From a bacterium (GTDB taxonomy: Bacteria; Zhuqueibacterota; Zhuqueibacteria; Zhuqueibacterales; Geothermadaptataceae), in assembly GCA_024275575.1 (NCBI GenBank), contig JAJRYV010000045.1:23220-55219 (forward strand): a stretch of 32,000 nt of DNA, read 5' to 3'. The first letter of the stretch is position 1. Each line of letters opens with the position of its first letter. The notes beneath the pieces were generated by a model, which made no database searches, was not told the DNA's origin, and worked only from the letters and a program-made list of their open reading frames with translations. Of this stretch, positions 26,213-32,000 are shown piece after piece. A program made the translations under genes and the position numbers.

Positions 26213-26733
26213 TACTGATCATTTTACCACAGCAATAAAGCTTTCCGCACCGCCGCAAAATCGCCTACCTGCAATTTTACCTCATAAAAACCGGTTATAC
26301 ACGAAACCATTTCCGCCGGACACCCGGGGCAGAGTGAAAAAATGAAGTGAAAAAATTCTCGCTGCTGTTTTTCGAAAATTTCCGACTCAACAGAAGGCGA
26401 GTTTTTTGTTTTTAGTCGCAACGACGCCGGATAAAAACACTGAACTCCTTTGTCTGGTTGGTTGTTGTTACGGATAGTGCACTCGAGGTTTTGTTGAATG
26501 TCCCCAGAAAATTATGACTGGAAACAATAAATCGTAACTCGTTCAGCCATATCCGCTTGGCGGGATTTTCTTCCTGCTTGTCAAACGGTAGAATCCCGCC
26601 GTCGGATTGCATCGGGGATTCCTTGATCGGGCAGCATGTGAGCTTAAATCCCTGATGAGCATATTGGGGCTGAATAGCTACTGAAAAGTGCGTCGCACGC
26701 AGCTCCGGGTTTGTTGCAAAAAGGCTAAACTTT

Positions 26734-26759
26734 TAAGAGCTGGAGGATTTCTCCGATAA
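26734..26759 (+). promoter_or_regulatory. Candidate sigma-28 (FliA)-type promoter upstream of the motor cluster
   Basis: TAAG (26734-37) - 14 nt - TCCGATAA (26752-59), against the consensus TAAA-N15-GCCGATAA. It lies 33 nt upstream of the ATG at 26792, with AAGGAAAA as a Shine-Dalgarno sequence in between. One match only; not validated. Confidence 0.3.
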
Positions 26760-26791
26760 AGGGTAAGACTCTTCAACAAAGGAAAATCAGG

Positions 26792-28582
26792 ATGAAAATG
26801 ACATTTGACGAATTTCTGAAAAAGGTAATCATTGCCGGAATTCTTTTGGGATTGCCGATTTGCAGCCTCGGCGCCCAGTCCCGGATGAACGATAATTCTC
26901 TCGAAAATATCGAGAACACGATGGAAGCCAACCTGTCGTGGAATCTTGAAACGGCTTTACTCAATTATTTTCCAGAGACCAAGTTCGTTGTTAAAGCCAA
27001 TGTGCAACTTGAAAAAGTCCGGCAGGTAACTGCCCTGCCGCCATTGCCGGATGTTTTGTTAAAAAGAGAAGTCACTTCCTTGCCTGGTTTGCCTTTTATT
27101 CCGGGTCAGGAACGGCAAAAGGCGAAGCAAAACGACAAGTTCCGTTCTGTAGCTGAAAAATCGAATGTAAAAGTAAAACGGCTCACCGTCAATGTGCTCG
27201 TCGATAATAGTTTCACTGAAGGCGACTGGGCTTTCATCCGGCGCCTGGTTTCCCTTTCCGCCGATATGGACCCGCGTCGCGGCGACCGGGTTTCGGTGGA
27301 AGCTTTTGACTTTCCTGTGAAGTCCAATTATTTTAACTCGCCGCCCCCAAAAATCAGCGCCGACAGCAACGCCCAAAATGCTTTTGCCCAATCCCTTTTT
27401 CCGGATGAACAAAAAGCGGGTTTTGACTGGCGGCCGTTTATTTTTGCTGCTGTGCTGGCCGGTATTTTTCTCATCATTCTTTTCTGGGGCATGAATTCGA
27501 TTTTGAAAAAATTGAACCAGGAGCCGGCCATTGAAAAAGAAGCGCCGCTGCCGGCCCGGCAGGAAAAACAGTCAGCGGAAGCGGACCAGGAAAAGGATGC
27601 GCAATTCGCCATGAAATCTTCGGTGGTCGATGCCATTGTCGGCACGCCGGCGGCGGCAGCCGACGTCATTAAAGACTGGGTGAAAAATGATGCCGGCAGC
27701 GGTGTTCGTGATGCGGCGGTTCTCTTCCGCGCCACCTCAAAAAATCTCAATAAATTTCTCGCCGAATCCCTCGGCGCACAAATTTCTGCAGACGTGCAGG
27801 AGCAGATCGATTTGTTGCCGCAGGATGAGATCGACCGGGCCGGAGCTGAAGTGGTCAAAAAGTTTGATGAAAATCTGCGTAACACGGCGCTTTCGGCGAT
27901 CCGCAATGAGGAGGAAAGTGACGCGCTGGCCTTTTTACATCAATTGACAGACGACCAATTATTGCACCTGATCAAACCCCTGAAAGATGGTGTTTTGGCC
28001 ATCGTATTGGCACAATTGCAGCCCGAACGCGCTTTCCGCATCATTAAATCGCTGGACCCGCGCAAGCAGCCTGCAGCGCTCGCAGCCATGGGTAATGTGG
28101 AAAAAGTGCCGGCCGATGTCTACCAGCATATTGCCAAACAACTGCTGACGCGGGCAAAAGACGTTGAGAAAATGCGCTTCGTGCGCGCCGACGGCATCGA
28201 TGCGCTGGTTAATATCCTCGATTTTATGGATGATTTTGATCAGGAGCAAATTCTCGAATATATCGATACGCAAGATTTGAATTTATCCCAGCGCATCCGG
28301 GCGAAGTATATGACATTCAACCAATTGGTGGAATTGCCGGCTGAAAAAATGCGCGAACTGGCCTTTACCGTTGATCGCGACCTGTTAGCCAAATCCCTCA
28401 TTCATGTCGACGATGTGACGGTGAACCGCATCATCGAAGCACTGCCCGACAAGCTGGCGGAAATGGTACAGGCCAGCCTCGAAGCCGGCAGCGAAGTCAG
28501 TGAAGAAGAAGTCACACGTGCGCGCCGGCAGTTGATGCGTACCGTGCGTCAATCCGGAATTGCCAAAGAAACGGTAAAATAA
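26792..28582 (+). CDS. Two-TM inner-membrane protein: FliF/YscJ-like periplasmic ring-building motif fused to FliG-like middle + C-terminal (torque) domains
   Basis: TM1 is aa 11-28. Periplasmic part: LETALLNYFPETKFVVKANVQLE ... VKRLTVNVLVDNSF...IRRLVSLSADMDPRRGDRVSVEAFDF (FliF/YscJ RBM pattern). TM2 is aa 214-234. Cytoplasmic part: GVLAIVLAQLQPERAFRIIKSLDPRKQPAALAAMGNVEKV (FliG_M-like), ADGIDALVNILDFMD...ILEYI...SQRIRAKYMTFNQLVELPAEKMRELAFTVDRDLLAKSL...ALPDKLAEMVQASLEAGSEVSEEEVTRARRQLMRTV. This last stretch is co-linear by eye with E. coli FliG ...MFLFENLVDVDDRSIQRLLQEVDSESLLIALK...NMSQRAADILRDDLANRGPVRLSQVENEQKAILLIV. Confidence 0.7.
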   Translation: MKMTFDEFLKKVIIAGILLGLPICSLGAQSRMNDNSLENIENTMEANLSWNLETALLNYFPETKFVVKANVQLEKVRQVTALPPLPDVLLKREVTSLPGLPFIPGQERQKAKQNDKFRSVAEKSNVKVKRLTVNVLVDNSFTEGDWAFIRRLVSLSADMDPRRGDRVSVEAFDFPVKSNYFNSPPPKISADSNAQNAFAQSLFPDEQKAGFDWRPFIFAAVLAGIFLIILFWGMNSILKKLNQEPAIEKEAPLPARQEKQSAEADQEKDAQFAMKSSVVDAIVGTPAAAADVIKDWVKNDAGSGVRDAAVLFRATSKNLNKFLAESLGAQISADVQEQIDLLPQDEIDRAGAEVVKKFDENLRNTALSAIRNEEESDALAFLHQLTDDQLLHLIKPLKDGVLAIVLAQLQPERAFRIIKSLDPRKQPAALAAMGNVEKVPADVYQHIAKQLLTRAKDVEKMRFVRADGIDALVNILDFMDDFDQEQILEYIDTQDLNLSQRIRAKYMTFNQLVELPAEKMRELAFTVDRDLLAKSLIHVDDVTVNRIIEALPDKLAEMVQASLEAGSEVSEEEVTRARRQLMRTVRQSGIAKETVK

Positions 28583-28593
28583 GAGAGCCTGTC

Positions 28594-29760
28594 ATGACGC
28601 AAAAAACTAAAAAATATATTCACCATATTCTCATTTTGGCTGTTTTTGCCATTTCGCCGCTTGCCGCGCAAATGGAGAATCAGGCAGGACGAAAACCGGA
28701 GAATAAACCGGTTGAGAAAAGCATGCTTTTCAACCTGCTCGAGGATATTTTTGTGCAGGTTGCGCAAGCGGCACCGGAGGTGGGAACCGATCTTGAGCGC
28801 ATCGCCGTCTATCATTTGAAAGTGGATGAGCGCTATATTCCACCGGCATTACGCACACATATCGAAGCGAGAATTGCCGAAATTTTCCGTGATATCGAAA
28901 TGCCGAAACTGGTCTCGCTGCCGGAGCTGAACACGATGAAAATCGTTTCCACCGACAGCAGTTTTCGCATCGTCAATACACTGCCTTCACCGCACGAATT
29001 GTGGAAAATCGGCAAACGCCTGCGCATCGACGCTTTTATGGATGGCGCCATAACCTATTTGCCCGGCAAAGCGCTGTTGCTCGATTTGAAACTGAATAAA
29101 GTGGGTAGCAGCGAAGTCGTCTGGTCGCGTTCATTTGCCTCCTATATCGACGATCCCGACCTGCCGTCGACGAATCCATTCATGAAATCTCTCGTTGCCG
29201 GATTGGAAGTCTATCCCATCGAATGGGATGTGGCCGATTCCGATACTCTGATTCACAGGAACGCCAGCAATCAACTGAAACAGCAAACGGTGTATTTCGG
29301 TGTGCATCAATATTTGTGGGAAAAAAGCCGTTTGCGTTATGAATTTAGCATCGGGCTGGCATTCCTCACCGACGGCCTGAAGCTGAACAATACTGCTTTT
29401 ACAAAATCCGCGTTTTACGGCAGTTCTTCGACCACGGGTGGTTTCTCCATCCCGGTTTCCTACAATGTCCGTACGATGATTTATTCAACACTGGTAGAAA
29501 ACAGTAAAAGCAATCGCTCCGATTGGCTCTCGGCGTATTTTTCATTGACGCGGCATTTCGCCATGAAAATGCCGGATTTCACCAGTATTACGGTCGGTCT
29601 GCGCACGGATTTTACACAACGTTTTTCCTTTTCTGCAGGTTTGAGCATGGTGCTCGGCAAAGAATTCGAATCACAGATGGTGAAATCCAGCGGTGAGAAA
29701 ATCAATTTAAAAATCAGCGGTATGCAATATGAGTTGATGCTGTTGCAGCTTTCATTTTAA
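28594..29760 (+). CDS. Exported protein, probably outer-membrane associated: CsgG/FlgO/LpoB-like N-terminal pattern + C-terminal beta-rich region ending in Phe
   Basis: Signal peptide ILILAVFAISPLAAQ. Then RIAVYHLKVDERYI...IGKRLRIDAFMDGAITYLPGKALLLDLKLNKVGSSEVVWSRSF (periplasmic scaffold pattern). The C-terminal half alternates hydrophobic residues and ends YELMLLQLSF. Function unknown. Confidence 0.5.
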   Translation: MTQKTKKYIHHILILAVFAISPLAAQMENQAGRKPENKPVEKSMLFNLLEDIFVQVAQAAPEVGTDLERIAVYHLKVDERYIPPALRTHIEARIAEIFRDIEMPKLVSLPELNTMKIVSTDSSFRIVNTLPSPHELWKIGKRLRIDAFMDGAITYLPGKALLLDLKLNKVGSSEVVWSRSFASYIDDPDLPSTNPFMKSLVAGLEVYPIEWDVADSDTLIHRNASNQLKQQTVYFGVHQYLWEKSRLRYEFSIGLAFLTDGLKLNNTAFTKSAFYGSSSTTGGFSIPVSYNVRTMIYSTLVENSKSNRSDWLSAYFSLTRHFAMKMPDFTSITVGLRTDFTQRFSFSAGLSMVLGKEFESQMVKSSGEKINLKISGMQYELMLLQLSF

Positions 29761-29790
29761 ATAATGGTTTAAAAAATAGAGGTCTTTGTC

Positions 29791-30507
29791 ATGTTTTTAA
29801 AACAGAAATATACAGTCATTGCTCTTGTTTTTTCTGCCATCCTTTTTTTGCATTGTGGCGGCAGCAATAACACTGCAGTGAAAGATTTGCCCGCTAAGGC
29901 CGGCACAGAAAAAGCATTAACACCTGAGAAAATCGCTGCGCTCGACCAAAAAGCTGATTCGACAAAAACCGCTGAAGAGAAGAAACGGCAGAAGACGATT
30001 GTCACCGAGCTCGATGGCGCCAAACTGAAGAAAACCCAGAGCTATCCTTACATCAGCATCAAGTTCTATCAGAAGGATACGGATGTGGAAATGGTGCTCG
30101 ATCCACTTTCAACAAACATCGATCTCGACCTCAAGCGGCGACCAGATGGCACCCTTGAAGTGCGAAAAGGTGATGAGGTTTTAACTCAGATGGGGCCGAA
30201 AGACAGCACGAAAACATCATCACGCAGGACGGCACCATTTGATCCCAGTGAGGATTTAACCGACGATATCATTCGGGATATCAATCTGGCGCAGCAACTT
30301 TTTTATCAAAATGAATATGATGACGCGCTGAAGATTCTCAATTCCAGCCTGGAGAAGAAACAAACGGCTTCAGCTTATGCCCTCGGCGGTTCCATCTATT
30401 TCGTCAATGGCGAGATGAACGAAGCGGTGCGGGCATGGGAGAACGCCCTGAAAATCAATCCTGATCTCGATGAATTAAAGGGGCTTGTCGCGCGTTACAA
30501 GAAATAA
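29791..30507 (+). CDS. Exported (possibly lipid-anchored) TPR-repeat protein
   Basis: The hydrophobic leader ends at ...ILFLHC(22)GGS; the lipobox is non-canonical. The C-terminal AQQLFYQNEYDDALKILNSSLE...AYALGGSIYFVNGEMNEAVRAWENALKINPD reads as TPR repeats. Confidence 0.6.
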   Translation: MFLKQKYTVIALVFSAILFLHCGGSNNTAVKDLPAKAGTEKALTPEKIAALDQKADSTKTAEEKKRQKTIVTELDGAKLKKTQSYPYISIKFYQKDTDVEMVLDPLSTNIDLDLKRRPDGTLEVRKGDEVLTQMGPKDSTKTSSRRTAPFDPSEDLTDDIIRDINLAQQLFYQNEYDDALKILNSSLEKKQTASAYALGGSIYFVNGEMNEAVRAWENALKINPDLDELKGLVARYKK

Positions 30508-30534
30508 ACTGAATATCAAATAGAAAGGTAAGCC

Positions 30535-31356
30535 GTGTTTACATTATTAGGCGTCCTGCTCGGCGTCGCTCTGATCGCCTGGGGAATTATTTCAGGCCAG
30601 GCCACACCGGATGTGTTTCTCAACTGGCAAGGTGTGGCCATCGTTTTCGGCGGCACCATTGCTTCAACGTTCATTTCACACCCTTTCCGTGAGGTCTTTC
30701 GCGGATTTATGTCCTATTTTGTTATCTTTCGTTCCGGCCGGGTTGATTATGTTAAAGTCATCGACAAAATGGTGACGGCCATCCGCATCGGTCAACGCGA
30801 CGGCATTCCCGCCATGCAAAAGCAGATTAAGGCGCTGAAAGGTCTGTGGATTTTTAAAGATGGCGTTCAGATGCTGGCCAATGGTTATACCCGCGAAGAA
30901 GCAAAAGCAACGCTGGAAGATCAGGTTCGCTGGAAGGTAACCCGGGAGCTGAAGCAGCGCGATCTTTTCAACTCGATGTCGCAAGCGGCACCGGCCTTCG
31001 GCATGATCGGAACGCTCATCGGTCTGATCAATATGCTGCTGACACTGCAATCAAACCCTTCCGATGTTGGCTCCGGTTTGGCCATTGCTTTGATCACGAC
31101 ATTTTATGGATTGATCATGGCAAACATGGTTTTTGCACCCATCGGCGCTAAAATTGAAGATCGCGCCGAGACCAACCTGCTTTTCGAGACCATTCAGATG
31201 GAAGCTGTATTGCTGCTTTATGACAAGAAAAACTATATCTTCGCGCGTGACAAGCTCGCAGCCTATCTCAACGCCGGATCACGCAAAAAACTTATCAAAG
31301 TCGCCGGAAAAGGCTCTTTGCAGAAGAAACAGGGATTCATTAAAAAGGCGGCATAA
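30535..31356 (+). CDS. motA: MotA/PomA-family proton(ion)-channel stator subunit
   Basis: Four-TM topology with a roughly 100-aa cytoplasmic loop between TM2 and TM3. AAPAFGMIGTLIGLINML...GLAIALITTFYGLIMANMVFAPIGAKIE is the MotA_ExbB channel signature. GTG start after GAAAGG. Confidence 0.85.
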   Translation: MFTLLGVLLGVALIAWGIISGQATPDVFLNWQGVAIVFGGTIASTFISHPFREVFRGFMSYFVIFRSGRVDYVKVIDKMVTAIRIGQRDGIPAMQKQIKALKGLWIFKDGVQMLANGYTREEAKATLEDQVRWKVTRELKQRDLFNSMSQAAPAFGMIGTLIGLINMLLTLQSNPSDVGSGLAIALITTFYGLIMANMVFAPIGAKIEDRAETNLLFETIQMEAVLLLYDKKNYIFARDKLAAYLNAGSRKKLIKVAGKGSLQKKQGFIKKAA

Positions 31357-31358
31357 AA

Positions 31359-32000
31359 ATGCAACTCGATCTTCCACATCAGAATATGATAAAATCAAAC
31401 AAAGGGGAGAGCCAAACCTGGATGATGTCCTACAGTGATTTGGTGACGCTGCTGCTGGCGTTTTTTGTCCTGTTTTTCGCCATATCGCAGGTTGATCAAG
31501 CCAAATTTGAAGCTATCATGGAATACTTCAGTGAGAGTGATAAACTACCGTTGAGCGAACTGGAAAAAGTCGTCGAGCAATTGGTGGCTGAACACAATCT
31601 GCAGGAAAGTGTTGAAGTTGAACTCACAGGAGAGGGACTGCTGTTGACCTTTCAGGACAAGATTCTTTTTGATTCGGGTAAAGCCAATCTGAAGGAAGGC
31701 GCCTACCCAATTTTGGGGGGCATTGGCGATATTTTAAAAAGCGAAAAAGTGGCGGATCGCCATATCAAAGTAGAGGGACACACCGATACGGTTCCGCTGA
31801 GTAAAAAATCGGATTATCCGTCAAACTGGGAACTGTCTGCCGCACGGGCAACACATGTCATCCGCTATCTCATCGCCAAAGAAGTTGATCCGCATCGCTT
31901 TGTTGCCATTGGTTATGCCGATACGCGGCTGCGCATCGAAGAATCCGGGGCAAAGCGGGGGTTGCAGGCAAATCGCAGGGTGAGTTTGATTATCAGATAA
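31359..32000 (+). CDS. motB: MotB/PomB-family stator subunit with an OmpA-like peptidoglycan-binding domain
   Basis: WMMSYSDLVTLLLAFFVLFFAIS (TM with the conserved channel Asp), then FDSGKANL...VEGHTDTVP...SNWELSAARATHV...GYADTR...NRRVSLII. There is a 2-nt gap after motA. The stop codon is the last triplet of the window. Confidence 0.85.
   Translation: MQLDLPHQNMIKSNKGESQTWMMSYSDLVTLLLAFFVLFFAISQVDQAKFEAIMEYFSESDKLPLSELEKVVEQLVAEHNLQESVEVELTGEGLLLTFQDKILFDSGKANLKEGAYPILGGIGDILKSEKVADRHIKVEGHTDTVPLSKKSDYPSNWELSAARATHVIRYLIAKEVDPHRFVAIGYADTRLRIEESGAKRGLQANRRVSLIIR

Noticed and set aside
26412-26612. 66-aa minus-strand ORF, plus neighbouring 60-65-aa ORFs, in the long spacer.
   Set aside because: No Shine-Dalgarno sequence, no motifs, and composition typical of non-coding sequence. 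It overlaps the strong hairpin.
26651-26687. CTGATGAG ... GAAA resembling a hammerhead ribozyme core (ccCTGATGAGcatattggggctgaatagctacTGAAAag).
   Set aside because: The putative stem II needs a bulge. Three extra nucleotides separate it from GAAA. No stem I/III partners or cleavage-site triplet could be found. Most likely a chance match.

Overview
Moderate-GC chromosomal segment from a diderm bacterium. The likely T9SS/FlgD-Ig-type C-terminal sorting domain, the PorV-like barrel and the DUF11/CARDB surface proteins suggest an FCB-superphylum-like lineage; this is inference only.

Content, left to right:
- the 5' part of a phosphofructokinase gene
- a HAD hydrolase whose motif-I exon-like piece lies in another frame
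- an FHA + lytic-transglycosylase fusion
- a Pat-type (NDP-forming acyl-CoA synthetase + GNAT) gene split by one in-frame TAA
- a regulatory trio: pseudo-receiver, sigma54-dependent response regulator, cytoplasmic PAS histidine kinase
- a secreted tail-fibre-like surface protein
- a heavily damaged secreted alpha/beta-hydrolase gene and a 5'-truncated, multiply frameshifted TonB-dependent-receptor-like gene
- a two-gene surface operon: a 950-aa DUF11 protein with a C-terminal sorting domain, then a 963-aa PorV-like barrel + CARDB/DUF11 + 2x OmpA protein
- glnS flanked by dispersed hairpin repeats
- a DUF3592 membrane protein and a SAM methyltransferase
- a compact five-gene cluster at 26.8-32.0 kb, after a 580-bp spacer

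The five-gene cluster is the most interesting item. It encodes a natural FliF-like/FliG-like fusion protein, an exported putative outer-membrane protein, a TPR protein, and a MotA/MotB stator pair, with no other flagellar genes in view.

No rRNA, tRNA, CRISPR array, transposase or integrase was recognised. Two families of short intergenic palindromic repeats are present. All domain assignments come from motif reading by eye; no searches were run.
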